The notes under the pieces were generated by a model, which saw nothing but the letters and a program-made list of their open reading frames with translations, searched no databases and was not told where the DNA came from. From positions 1,504,001 through 1,568,000 of the forward strand of contig CAWDML010000009.1 in NCBI GenBank assembly GCA_963803435.1: a stretch of DNA of 64,000 nucleotides, given 5' to 3'. This document shows, piece by piece, positions 41,457 to 54,063 of the stretch (position 1 is the first letter of the stretch; every line of letters begins with the position of its first letter). Source of the DNA: an uncultured delta proteobacterium. Lineage in GTDB: Bacteria; Myxococcota; Kuafuiibacteriia; Kuafuiibacteriales; Kuafuiibacteriaceae. A program made the position numbers and the translations under genes.

Positions 41457-43348
41457 GGCGGGCCCGGCTGCTCCTCTTGCTCCCTCTCCTGCCCGCGTGC
41501 AACGCGAGCAACGCAAGGCCCCAGGAGCGCGCGCTAGTCGTGATCGCGATCGACGGCATGGATCCCGAGCTCCTCCACCGCTTCTCCGCCGCGGGCCGCA
41601 TGCCGAACTTCGACGCGATGGCCGCGGAGGGATCGTCGTTCGACCTGGCCACCAGCAACCCGCCGCAGAGCCCGGTCGCCTGGTCGAGCTTCATCACCGG
41701 CGAGCACTCCGACGTGCACGGGATCTACGACTTCCTCCACCGCGATCCGCACACGCTCATCCCCTACCTCTCCACCTCGAAGGCCGAGGGCCCGAGCTTC
41801 GTGCTCGAGCTGGGTGATGTGGCCGTCCCCTTCGGCGGCGAGGTGAAGCTCCTCCGTCACGGTCAGCCCTTCTGGTCGGAGCTCGCCGAGGCCGGGATCC
41901 CGGTGACGGTGGTGAAGGTGCCGGCGAACTATCCGGCGATCGAAGAGAGCAGCGCCGAGGTGCTCTCGGGCATGGGCACGCCCGACCTGCTGGGAACGCC
42001 CGGCCTGTTCCAGCTCTTCACCACCGATCCCGCGATGATCGGCAAGGAGGTCAGCGGCGGCCGCATTCACGCGCTCGAGTTCGCCACCGGCCGGCGGGGC
42101 ACGGGCCTCCTGGACGGCCCGCCCAACCCCTTCTCCGCCTCCGGCGAGCCGATGCGCCTCCCCATCGAGGTGATCGCGGAGGATCGTCTCGACGCCGCCA
42201 TGGTCCGGATCGGCGACGCCCAGCGCCTGCTCGCCAAGGGCGACTGGAGCGACTGGATCCCGATCGAGTTCTCACCGGCTCCGGTGGTCCCCGCAATCCA
42301 GGGGATGGTGCGCGCCCACCTGATCTCGCTCGGCGAGCAGGTCACGCTCTATCTCTCGCCGATCAACATGAACCCCGAGGATCCGGCCCAGCCGATCTCG
42401 GCGCCGCCCGAGTACGCCGCCGGCCTCGCCCGCGACGTGGGCCGCTTCTACACGCAGGGCATGCCGGAGGACACCAAGGCCCTCCTCTCCGGCGCGCTCG
42501 ACGACGACGCGTTCCTCGCGCAGTCGCACCTGGTGTTCGAGGAGCGCAAGGCCATGCTCGAGCGCGAGCTCGATCGCTTCGAGGGCGGCTTCCTCTTCGT
42601 CTACTTCTCCGACGTCGACCTGGTGAGCCACACGTTCTGGCGCGGGATGGAGCCCGACGCCAGCGAGGCCGATCGGCGCTACGCCCACGTGATCCCGGAT
42701 CTCTACGCCGAGATGGACCGCGTGCTGGGCGAGGTCCGGGCCCGCGTCGGCGACCGCGCCGCGGTGGTGGTGATGTCCGATCACGGCTTCGCCTCGTTCC
42801 GCCGCGAGGTGAACCTCAACACCTGGCTCGTCCAGCGCGGCCTGCTGGTGCCGCTCGACCAGCCTGCGCCGGGCCCGCTCGGGCACGTCGACTGGTCGAA
42901 GACCCGCGCCTATGCGGTCGGCCTCAACCTCCTCTACCTCAACCGTAAGGGCCGCGAGCCCCACGGCATCGTCGGCGGCGCCGAGGCCGACCGGCTGCTC
43001 TCCTGGATCCAGCAGGAGCTCGAGTCGCTCCGGGATCCCGAGAACGGCGCGCGCGTGGTCTCACGGACGTACCGGCCTGCACGCACGCCGTACACGGATC
43101 GCCGGCCGGATCTGATCGTCGGCTACGCCCGCGGCTACCGGGCCGCCGACGCCTCGGCGCTGGGGCGGATCGGCCCTCGGGTCGTCGAGCCCAACACGAG
43201 CAAGTGGAGCGGCGACCACTGCATGGATCCGGCGCTGGTGCCGGGGGTGCTGGTGAGCAGCGTGCCGCTCGAGGCGCGCGACTGGTCGCTCGTCGATCTG
43301 GCGCCCTGGATCCGCTCGTACTTCGACGAGCCGGCGCTCAATCATTGA
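41453..43348 (+). CDS. Alkaline phosphatase superfamily / type I phosphodiesterase-like lipoprotein
   Basis: Lipobox LPAC; IAIDGMD, PPQSPVAWSSFITG, SDHGF, WSGDH. Confidence 0.85.
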   Translation: MRRARLLLLLPLLPACNASNARPQERALVVIAIDGMDPELLHRFSAAGRMPNFDAMAAEGSSFDLATSNPPQSPVAWSSFITGEHSDVHGIYDFLHRDPHTLIPYLSTSKAEGPSFVLELGDVAVPFGGEVKLLRHGQPFWSELAEAGIPVTVVKVPANYPAIEESSAEVLSGMGTPDLLGTPGLFQLFTTDPAMIGKEVSGGRIHALEFATGRRGTGLLDGPPNPFSASGEPMRLPIEVIAEDRLDAAMVRIGDAQRLLAKGDWSDWIPIEFSPAPVVPAIQGMVRAHLISLGEQVTLYLSPINMNPEDPAQPISAPPEYAAGLARDVGRFYTQGMPEDTKALLSGALDDDAFLAQSHLVFEERKAMLERELDRFEGGFLFVYFSDVDLVSHTFWRGMEPDASEADRRYAHVIPDLYAEMDRVLGEVRARVGDRAAVVVMSDHGFASFRREVNLNTWLVQRGLLVPLDQPAPGPLGHVDWSKTRAYAVGLNLLYLNRKGREPHGIVGGAEADRLLSWIQQELESLRDPENGARVVSRTYRPARTPYTDRRPDLIVGYARGYRAADASALGRIGPRVVEPNTSKWSGDHCMDPALVPGVLVSSVPLEARDWSLVDLAPWIRSYFDEPALNH

Positions 43349-45521
43349 AGTAGCCCATCGCCTTGAGGTGCTCCTTGAGCTCGGGATCGATCTTCGCGTC
43401 GGGCGCCAGGTGGCGCTTCCGCCGCTCCAGCCCCGCCAGCCGCTGCACCTTCTTCGGCACCGACAGCCCCTCGAACAGATAGAGCGAGAGCGTGCGGTGC
43501 ACGATCGGGAGCGCTTCCGAGAGATCCTTCTCCTCGTTTGGATCGGCCTCGACGTCGTAGAGCTGATCCGGCGCGTCTTCGGTCGCGATCAGCTTGTACC
43601 GACCGAGCCGGATCGAGCGCTCCAGATCCTGGCGCTCGCTGATCGCGCAGGGCGGGTTGAGCGCCTGGTGGCCCTGGACGGCGGCCACGAGCGAGAGGCC
43701 CTCGAGGTCGGACATCGGCGCCACGCCCAGGACCTCCAGGACCGTGGGTGTGAGATCGACCAGGCTCACGATCTGGTCCACCTGGGCGCCGGCCGGGAAC
43801 ACGCCGGGCGCGCGCACCAAGAGCGGTGAGCGAACCAGCTCCTCGTGAAGCGATTGGCCGTGGCCGAGCTGCCCGTGGTCGAACAGCTCCTCGCCGTGAT
43901 CGTTGGTCACGACCAGGAGCGTCGAGTCGAGCAGGCCGAGCTCTCGAAGGCCGTCGATGAACCGGCCGAAGTAGGCGTCGTGGTAGCTGATCTCTCCGAA
44001 GTACTGCCCCGTGAGGTATGCGCGATCGAGCGCGCTCAGGCGAAGCTTGCCGTCGTTGTAGTCGTCGTGCTCGTAGCCGGAGATCGCGAGCCCGAGATGG
44101 CCGCGGTATGTGCCGTCGAAATACATGTGCAGGTACCGGCTCGGCGCCTGATAGGGGACGTGCGGATCGACGGTCTGGACGTAGAGGAAGAAGGGCTTCT
44201 CGGGATCCTGCCCGCGGACCCAGGCGAGGACGTCCCGATACACGAACTCGGCCTGCGTCTTCTTGTGCTCGCGTGGGAAGTTGACGTAGCGGTCCCAGCC
44301 TCGATCGAAGCCGAATCGATCCGACACGTATCCGTTGGCGGAGAACAGCGCGGTGGTGAAGCCCCGCGCGCGGAGGTGCTCGGGGAGGAGCGGGACGTCG
44401 TCGGGGAGCATCGCCTCCTCGGTGAACGCGCCGTGCGTCGAGGGATAGAGCCCGGTCAGGATCGACGCGACCGACGGCTTGGTCCATGGCGCGGTCGTGT
44501 ACGCGGAGGTGAAGAGGGTCGAGTCCGCGGCCAGCGCCGCGAAGTGCGGCATCTTCACGCGTGTCTTCGGGTTGAACGCCGAGACCGCGTCCCGGCGGAG
44601 CGTATCGATCACCACGAAGATCACGTTCTTCAGCCGGCCCTTCCGGGGCAGCGTCGCGGGCCGCAGCGCCGGACCCGGCACCACCACATGTGGCTCTCCC
44701 CAGGCGGCGCGACCGGCCTCGCCGTCCGTCACCAGATCGAGGCGCACGATCTCGTGGGCCAACGGCGAGAGATCGACCGAGCCCTCGGTCCACACGCCGA
44801 CCTTCGACTCGGCCGAGAAGAGGCGCTCGCAATCGTGTCCGTCGCGGGCGGCGTAGACCTCGAACTCCACCGGCCGGTCCGCGCCGTAGTCGAACACCAG
44901 CCGGCCCTCCTCGGGCACCTGGAGGAAGTACGACAGCGCCCGGGGCGGATCCGCCACCAGCGCCTGTCGCGGCGCTCCGAAGGTCACAGTCTCCACCTTG
45001 GGCGCCAGCGTCTCCGGCGTCTCCTCGCCCCGGCCGCGGAGCCGGACCCAGTCGATCTCCACGCCCCGCGTGGGACCGATGGCGAGCCGGTGGATCCCAG
45101 GCCCGATCGCTGCGCTCAGTCGCAGCTCGACCGTCTGCCAGTCCTGGCTCAACCGGCGGCGGCCGACCCGCTTGCCGTCGATCGCGACGCCGATGGTGTG
45201 GCGCCGCTTCGGCGCCCGGGCCCGCACCAGCACGCGCGCGACGGAGGAGCGGTTGGCGAACACCAGCCCGAGCTCGCCGGGCGGAGAGAACGGATCGAGG
45301 TACTTGTGCTCGTCGGGCGATCCCAGATCGATCGTGAGCCCGGCGGAGCGAAGCTCGGCGCGCGCCGCCTCCTTCGCCAGATCGCGCACCGGGTGGGTCC
45401 CGATTCGGGCGGACGGCGGCGCGGGCGGCGCAGTCGCCGGCTCGACGGGCGCTGCGCTCGACGGCTCGCTCGGGCAGCCGGCGATCAGGCCGAGCAGGCA
45501 CAACCACCACCACCGCGTCAT
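43338..45521 (-). CDS. Sulfatase-like lipoprotein with N-terminal beta-sandwich domains
   Basis: Lipobox IAGC; IDTLRRD, WTKPSVASILTG, DPHVPY, NDHGEE. Confidence 0.85.
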   Translation of the reverse strand: MTRWWWLCLLGLIAGCPSEPSSAAPVEPATAPPAPPSARIGTHPVRDLAKEAARAELRSAGLTIDLGSPDEHKYLDPFSPPGELGLVFANRSSVARVLVRARAPKRRHTIGVAIDGKRVGRRRLSQDWQTVELRLSAAIGPGIHRLAIGPTRGVEIDWVRLRGRGEETPETLAPKVETVTFGAPRQALVADPPRALSYFLQVPEEGRLVFDYGADRPVEFEVYAARDGHDCERLFSAESKVGVWTEGSVDLSPLAHEIVRLDLVTDGEAGRAAWGEPHVVVPGPALRPATLPRKGRLKNVIFVVIDTLRRDAVSAFNPKTRVKMPHFAALAADSTLFTSAYTTAPWTKPSVASILTGLYPSTHGAFTEEAMLPDDVPLLPEHLRARGFTTALFSANGYVSDRFGFDRGWDRYVNFPREHKKTQAEFVYRDVLAWVRGQDPEKPFFLYVQTVDPHVPYQAPSRYLHMYFDGTYRGHLGLAISGYEHDDYNDGKLRLSALDRAYLTGQYFGEISYHDAYFGRFIDGLRELGLLDSTLLVVTNDHGEELFDHGQLGHGQSLHEELVRSPLLVRAPGVFPAGAQVDQIVSLVDLTPTVLEVLGVAPMSDLEGLSLVAAVQGHQALNPPCAISERQDLERSIRLGRYKLIATEDAPDQLYDVEADPNEEKDLSEALPIVHRTLSLYLFEGLSVPKKVQRLAGLERRKRHLAPDAKIDPELKEHLKAMGYFND

Positions 45522-48005
45522 CGCGCCTCCGTCACCTGCACGAAGATCGGGCTCGCCCAGACCACGTCGGTCCCCTGGATCCCGGACCCCTGATGCGCAC
45601 GCACGTAGTAGCTGTGCCACCCGGGCGTGACGCCCTCGTCGCGGAAGCTGCCGCGCTGGTGCTCGCGACCGCCCTCGACGACGTCGATCTCCTGTCCGTC
45701 CCGGACCACCACGATCTGCTCGAGCGGCAGGGTCCCCTCGACCTCCCACTGGATCCGAGGTGAGCCCGAGAGCGTGACCTCCTCACCCTGCGGAACGCCC
45801 GCGATCGCGGTCAGGATCCACATCCGTGCGCCCGAGGTCGCGAAGGTCCGCCGCGCGTAGAGCGCGTCCCAGATCGCACCCCGCTCGTTGCGCGCGGCCA
45901 CCACGCCGGTGAGCCCGTGGTTCCAGGGATCCATCCGCCGCCCCACCCCGTGGTGCCAGAGGATGCCGTGCGCGTCGGAGCCGCCGACGAAGCCGAAGCG
46001 CAGGCCCATGCGCAGGCCGTCCACCGCGAACATCCCGCGCTTGGCGGCCCGCGTCGGCAGCGGCTGATGGCGCGGGTCCTCGAATGCGCCGTGCACCGAG
46101 ACGATCTCGAACTGCCGCTGGATGTTGGGATCCGCCTCCAGCCAGTCGGTGCCGGTCCAGCCGGTGTGGTGCGGCGCCGTGAACGCGTTCTCGGTGGCGA
46201 GGTCGTGCTGCAACAGCCGCGTGTTCGAGCACCCGTTCCGCGACTCGCATAACGGCGAGGGTGCGTCTGCGCGGAAGTAGACGATCTTGTGGCCGCACCC
46301 GCGGGGGACCGGGAGCGTCGTCCACTCGAAGGCATGGATGGCGGTGAACCCGTCCAGCGCGTCGAAGCGATCGGTGAGCCAGGCGGTCTCGTCGTGCTCG
46401 GAGAGCATCATCCGTGCGCCCACGACGTAATCGTGATCCGTCAGCGCTGCGAACTGATACCCGCGTGCTCGCGCGCGCGCGTAGATCTCGTCGGGCGGCC
46501 CGGTGCCATCGCTGACCGCCGAGTGCATGTGCACGTCACCGAAGTAGATCGAGGCGTGCGCGAACGCCTCCGAGATCCCCGACCTCACCGGGACCGGGTC
46601 GTACTTCTCGAGGTCGCGGCGGCGCTTCTTGGCGCGCGGCTGGCGCGCCAGCACCTGGAACTCCGGCGAGCCTCCGCCCTCCGAGAACGTGAAGCGCTCG
46701 AGCGCGACCTCGTGGCGGGCACGCCGCGCCAGCATGACCGAGCCGTCGGGCGCGAGCGCGAGATCCATCCTCAGTCCGCGGGCGCCCCAACCGCGCCGCG
46801 TCAGATTGAACGCAGGCTCGATGCCGTGCGCGTCAATCACGTGGAGGTACGCGCCGTGAGAGATCCGCGTGGCCAGCACCACGCGTCCGTCCCGGTCCAC
46901 CACCATCGCCGGCATCTCGGCGCCCTGCTCCTCGCCCTGCGGGAGGATCGCCTCCGCCGGATCGGCCGCGGCCAGCGCCTCGACGCGGCCCTCGCGCAGA
47001 CGGCGCAGCCGCCACCACTTCACCAGGCCGTGCTTCTCGCTCGAGTGGTAGGCGACCACCAGCCCCGCGGGCGTGGCCGCAATCGCCGGCGCCGCCTGGA
47101 TGCCCTCGCCGTCGTCGATGACCACGGGCGGCGCCCACGCGGTGCTGGTGCGCGCGGCGACGAAGACGTCGTAGTCGGGATCGAGCCGGCCGCTCGCCGA
47201 GTCGTCGACCAGCGTGTCCCAGGCGACGTGCACCACGCTCGAGGTGACCGCGAGGGCCGGCCTCCGAATCGAAGGGACCCGGCGACACCATCTCCATCCG
47301 GCCGAGCGGCGCGCCCTGGGCGTCGAAGCGCCGGTAGGCGATGCGCGACGACAGCGGCGACGTGGTCTCCGAGGCCTCCCATGCCACGTGCAGGACACCT
47401 TCGGGATCGATCGCCAGGTCCGGATCGCAGTGCCGGCGCTGATCGCGCGGCGACGATCGCTTGGGCGAGACCAGGATGGGTGCGCCCGGGGCGCCCGGCG
47501 CGACGCGCATCAGATACACGTCCCTTCGGTGATCGCCGCGGGCGACCGGGCGGTCGCGGCCGCACCAGACCATCCAGGCCGCGCCGTCGGGGGCCACCTC
47601 GAGCCGCGGGTGCCAGGCCCGCTCGCCCTTCGTGAGGGCGCGGGCCGCCTGGAGCGGCATCGTCACGCCGGGGGCGCGCCGGATCGCGACGTGCTCCCGC
47701 GGACCCTGGCGCTGGATCCACGCCACCAAGAGGCGGCCGTCGGGCCGCACCGCCACCGTCGGGTCCTCGGCGCTCGGGCCTTCAGCCACCACCACCGGGA
47801 CGCCGCGCGTCACGCCGAGCCGGGTCGCGTCCACCGGCAGGCCCAGCCGACCGGTACCCATCGTCGCCGCCATCGCGATCGAGGCGGTCACCGCCGCGCC
47901 CGCATCGACCGGCGGAGTCGGGGGGCTCACCGCGGGCGGCGCCGCTTCGCAGCCCAGCAGGATGACGAGGAAAATCGAACCCGCGCCGGATGGTCCTCGC
48001 GCCAT
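45518..48005 (-). CDS. Exported propeller-like plus PHP-type (DUF3604 / CehA-McbA-like) metallohydrolase; frameshift at ~47270
   Basis: Lipobox LLGC; YFGDVHMHSAVSDG, LTDHD, EWT, PHH, GFVGGSDAH. Confidence 0.75.
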
Positions 48006-48089
48006 GCGGTATACTATCGACACAAAAGTTCCGGATCCAAACCGAATTCGGATTTGCCGCCAAAAGTGTGGAGTGCGACTCTGCACTTT

Positions 48090-49193
48090 GTGATTCTGCC
48101 GCTCCTCGTCGCGATCGCTGCCCAGCCCGAGATGCACGGGCCCTACGCCGTGGAGACGCTCGACGTCGGATCCGTGGAGGCAGACGGCGTACAGATCCCC
48201 ACGCGCATCTACGCGCCGATGTCGGCCGAGCGGTTCCCGGTGGTCGGCGTCATCCACGGCGCCCAGCGCACCGGCGCCAATCAGGCCGTGCTGGCCGAGA
48301 CCTTTGCGAGCCACGGCTTCGTCGCGGTCGTCCCCGACATGCCGTGCGGCTTCCTCGGCTGCGATCACGACGCGAACGCGCGGCAGCTCTCCGCCCTCCT
48401 CGAGTGGGCGGTCACGACGAGCCCCGCCGCCGATCGCATCGACGGGACCCGGCGCGCGCTGGTCGGCCACTCGTGGGGCGGCCTCGCGGTGCACCTGGCG
48501 ACCGCCCGCGACCCCTCGATCGACGCGGTCGTCTGTCTCGATCCCAACGACGACGGAACGGTCGGCTACGACGCCGCCCCCGACGTCCAGGTCCCGAATG
48601 CCGCCCTGATGGCCGCGGTCTCCGGCAATTGCAACGCCACCGACTGGGGCGCGAACGTCTACCCGCGCACAGGTGCGCCGCACCTTCGCGTGCGCGTCGT
48701 CGGCGCCGCCCACTGCGACGTGGAGGATCCCAGCGACAACCTCTGTCCGATCGCCTGCGGCTCCGGCGATCCGACCCTCGCCTACGTCTTCCGCCGCTAT
48801 GCGATCGCCTTCGTCTCGTGCGTCCTCACCGGCGAAGACGCCGAGTGGATCGGCGGGAGCAGCATGACGACCGACGAGGCCGGCGGCACGATCGACGGGG
48901 TCGATCAGCGGGGCCTCGAGGCCCTCCCCTGCCGCCACGGCCTCCCCCCCGACGACGCCGGCGTCGCACCGACGGACGCCCAGACCGGGCTCGACGCGCA
49001 AGCCACCCCCGACGACGCCGGCACGATCGACGCCGGCGCCCCACCCCCGAAGCCGAGCGACTCCGGGTGCCAGACCGTCGCCCCGGACACCAGCGCCGGG
49101 CTACTCCTCGGGCTCAGCGCGCTCTTCCTCCGCAAGCGACGCGGCGCGGCCCAGCCCCGAATCTCGGCGTGGGCGTGCTTCGCCGTGACGTGA
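48090..49193 (+). CDS. Alpha/beta hydrolase (chlorophyllase/cutinase-like) with a MYXO-CTERM-like anchor
   Basis: GPYAV, HG, GHSWGG nucleophile elbow, GAAH; DAG-rich linker; SGC...LLLGLSALFLRKRR. Confidence 0.8.
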   Translation: MILPLLVAIAAQPEMHGPYAVETLDVGSVEADGVQIPTRIYAPMSAERFPVVGVIHGAQRTGANQAVLAETFASHGFVAVVPDMPCGFLGCDHDANARQLSALLEWAVTTSPAADRIDGTRRALVGHSWGGLAVHLATARDPSIDAVVCLDPNDDGTVGYDAAPDVQVPNAALMAAVSGNCNATDWGANVYPRTGAPHLRVRVVGAAHCDVEDPSDNLCPIACGSGDPTLAYVFRRYAIAFVSCVLTGEDAEWIGGSSMTTDEAGGTIDGVDQRGLEALPCRHGLPPDDAGVAPTDAQTGLDAQATPDDAGTIDAGAPPPKPSDSGCQTVAPDTSAGLLLGLSALFLRKRRGAAQPRISAWACFAVT

Positions 49194-49282
49194 CCAGGCC
49201 CGCAAGGGCCGAAGGCCCGCGCAGTGAGCCGCAGGCGAACGGAGGTCACCCGGCGAACTTGCTTCGCCGTTACGTGACCAGG
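49176..49282. repeat. 23-bp direct repeat pair flanking a REP-like GC-rich element
   Basis: tgcttcgccgtgacgtgaccagg (49176-49198) and tgcttcgccgttacgtgaccagg (49260-49282); the interior holds the gggcc-gaa-ggccc hairpin. Confidence 0.7.
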
Positions 49283-50821
49283 ACCGGAGTCAGCGTGACG
49301 TCGGCCTTGCGGCAGAGGGGGCAGGTCACGCCGGTGAGGCCGACGGTCGCGCCGGCGCGCACCTGGTCGAGGACCTTGGCGACAGCCTTGGGGATGCCGT
49401 CGGCGCGGACGTCGCCGCCGCAGCTCGGACACCGGGGGCGCTCCGCGAGGTCGGCGATCTCGAACGCGAGATCGAGCCGCACCGACTGGCCGAGCGCGCC
49501 GTCGCCCAGATGCTGTCGCATCATGCTGCGGTCGCCGGGTGGGTTGAGCCGCACGACCGAGACCAGCTGGTCCTCATACTTGCACCAGTAGGGGTGGCGC
49601 GCCGCGATCAGTCCCATGGGGCCGGGCACGCCGCCCAGATCGATGCGCCCGAAGGTGGTCCGGCACGCGCCGCAGGACAGCTCCACCAGCAACGGCTCGC
49701 GGAGCATTTCGTAGAGCTCGGCGGTGTCGCGCGGAACGACCGTCTCCCCGCGGGCACTGGGCAGGCGCGGCGGGCGGAGGTCGCGGCTCGCCTCGAAGGC
49801 GGCCACCTCGAGCGGGAGCTCCTCGAGGGCGGAGGCCTTTCGAGGCGGCGGCTGGAGATCGATCTCGGGGGGCTGCTCCGCCTTCTTGTCTAGGAGATCC
49901 TCGGTGTCGATCTCGTCCGCCTGCGTTCCGTGCGCAGCGATGTCGAACGTGAGCACGCCGCTGGTGGCCGAGACCTCGTCCCAGATGAACTGCTCGCTGC
50001 CCTCGAGCGCATCGTCGTCGACCACGATGTCGATCGAGATGTCGCCGCTGTCGAGCTTCTCGTTGGTGACCGGCAGCTGATCGACCTGCTTCCTGAGCTC
50101 GGTCGCCGGGGCTGGCTCGAAGATCTCGGGCCCCTCGCCGGTGGTGACGAACTCGAGGAAGTGGGCCCTGCCGATTCGGCGACAGCGCCAGCTTGATCTC
50201 CATCCCCTTGGGCGCCTCGGTGCAGACGCGCTCCACCGTTCCGGTGAGAAAGTACTCCTGCTCGGTGTCCGGATGGATCACGACCAGCCCAACCTCGGCG
50301 CCGGCTTCCTTGATCACCGGCGTCGCCATGTAGAGGCCGCCCTTGGCGACGTTCTTCTCGTAGAACTCGAGCAGGCGCGCCGAGTCCTTGAGCTTGATGA
50401 GGAAGGTCGCGACGTCCGGCTTGCGCTGCGCCAGGTCGCCCGTCGAGGGCGGTGGCGCGATCCCGGAGAGCTCGAAGACGAACGCGTCCCACCGCTCCTT
50501 CGAGGCGGCCGAGAGCGCGAAGAACTGCACGCCCACGCCCGGCGTGCGACCGCCCGGCTTCACGGTGCGCGCCACGAACGCGGTCGCAGGGAGCGGTCCC
50601 GACGGAATCTTGATGCTGAGCTGCAGCAGGAATCGCTCGCGCGGCGGATCGTCGGTGGCGATGAACAAGCCGTGCCGACTGACATCCACCGTGTGCAGCG
50701 CTCGACGGCGAGGGCCTTCGATCAGCTCCACCGGAAGCGTGATCCGATGGCGCGGGCTCCGGCGCTGCTCCCCTCCCCCACGAGCCGGCTTCTGTACCCC
50801 GACTCCCATCGTCGCCGGCAT
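49270..50821 (-). CDS. PilZ + degenerate TIGR02266-type PilZ + C-terminal CxxC zinc-binding domain (frameshift at ~50170)
   Basis: EQRRSPR and DVSRHG in the first domain; NVAKGGLYM in the second; acidic linker; CGAC, CPSC, CPLC. Confidence 0.75.
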
Positions 50822-50878
50822 GACATCAGGAAACCCACCCGCCAGAAAGGGAGAAAGCGTCCCACATCGTCGATGACC

Positions 50879-52292
50879 TCAACGCGAGACGTAGAAGTTA
50901 CGGTTTCGCCGGTTCTCGTCGACCTTCAGGGGCGCCAGGAGGGGCGGGAAGGCACGCTGATCACAGTCTGGGCGCTCGCAGACGCGGCACGCCACGCCGA
51001 TGTCGACCGCCGGGCTCTCGAGGTCGATGCCGTCGGCGTAGACCAGCTCCTTGGCGTAGCGGACCTCGCAGCCGATGCCCACGGCGTGGAGCGCGTGGGG
51101 GGCGTGGTAGCCGCCGCTGTTGTCGCGCACGGTCCGGGCCACCGAGAAGAAGCGCATCCCGTCGGTCATCTCGGAGATCTGCACGCGCACCATGCCCGGG
51201 GTGAGGAACGCCGCGTGCTCGTTCCAGCGCGGGCAGGCGCCGGAGAAGCGCGCGAAGCGGAACCCGGAGTTGCTGAAGCGCTTGCTGATGTTCCCCGCCA
51301 CGTCGATGCGGAGCATGTGGAACGGGATCCCCTCCGAGCCGGGTCGAGACATCGTGGTCAGCCGATGGCACACCTGCTCGAAGCTGGTGCGGAAGCGGTG
51401 GCCGAGGAGCTCGATGTCGTGGCGCGCCTCGCGCGAGGCCTCGAGGAAGGGCTGGTACGGCATCAACACCGCGCCAGCGAAGTAGTTGGCGAGCGCCACG
51501 CGGCAGAGCGCCCGCGACTCCTCGGTGGTCAGCGACTGATCGCGCGCGATGCGATCGAGCGTGTTCGAGTGGTCGAGGAGCCCGATCTGATGCGCGAGCT
51601 GGAAGTTGCGGGTGCGCGGCGCCAGGGTCTCGGAGAGCGTGATCGCGTGCGTGTTCGGATCGTAGATGCGGACGGCGCCGTTGAGCGCATCCTCCTTCTC
51701 CACCTTCACCGCGATGCCATGGACGCTGTCGAGATAGTCGATCAGCCCCCGATACATGTCGTTCCCATCGAGGCGCGCGACCCGCCAGAAGAGGTCGGCG
51801 GCTTCCTCGAGATCCGGGAAGTAGTTCTTGTGGCGCTGGATCGAGATCGCTGACCTCCTCGGAGGGCATCGCGGCCTGCACGCTGGTGCCCTCCTCCGAG
51901 AGCTGGTTCGCGATGGCGCTGGCCGAGTCGCGGGCAGCGCGGAACGCCTGATACAGCGTGATGATCGCGCGGGCGAGGTTGGGGTTGTTGGTGGCGAGCT
52001 CGCGCACGTCGGAGCTGGTGAGCAGATGCGCCTCGAACATCGGATCCGAGAAAGCCTCCATGAGGTCGGAGACCATCTGCCCCTCGTCGTCATCCGCGAA
52101 GGATTGGATGTCGATGTTGAAGAGCTGCGCGATCTTGATCAGGAGCTGGGCCGACAGCGGGCGCCGATTGTGCTCGATCAGGTTCAGGTAGCTGGTGGAG
52201 ATCCCTATCCGCTCCGCGAGCTGGACCTGAGTCAGACCCTCCCGCCGGCGAAGGCCGCGGACCTTCGCGCCGAGCTTGGGCGCATCCGCCAT
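50879..52292 (-). CDS. ramB: RamB-like XRE-family short-chain fatty acyl-CoA regulator (frameshift at ~51840)
   Basis: HTH LRRREGLTQVQLAERIGISTSYLNLIEHNRRP; ANYFAGAVLMPY, SFEQVCHRL, C-terminal CRVCERPDCDQRAFP; divergent from aceB/aceA. Confidence 0.85.
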
Positions 52293-52320
52293 CCTCCAAT
52301 TTTAAGGCCTTCTGCGCTGT

Positions 52321-52440
52321 AGGTGTCAAATCTTTTACAACGTTGACAGCATTACAGCTCTACATTGACAGCAGCTTACGTGATTAACTGCATGATTTTG
52401 CTAGATAATTGACTCGCTTCGCAAAATGGCAAAAATTGAA
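52321..52440. promoter_or_regulatory. AT-rich divergent promoter with a putative RamB/ScfR operator
   Basis: TTCGCAAAATGGCAAAAA (52418-52435) resembles the TTTGCAAA-type RamB motif; TTGACAGCA repeated at ~52343 and ~52365; IHF-like TAACTGCATGATT. Confidence 0.55.
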
Positions 52441-52446
52441 CAAGGT

Positions 52447-54007
<1,561 letters not shown>

Positions 54008-54063
54008 TCGCCGACAGCGCGATCCTTCAGTCGACATCACCATTTTCTGAGCGAGCGAGAACC

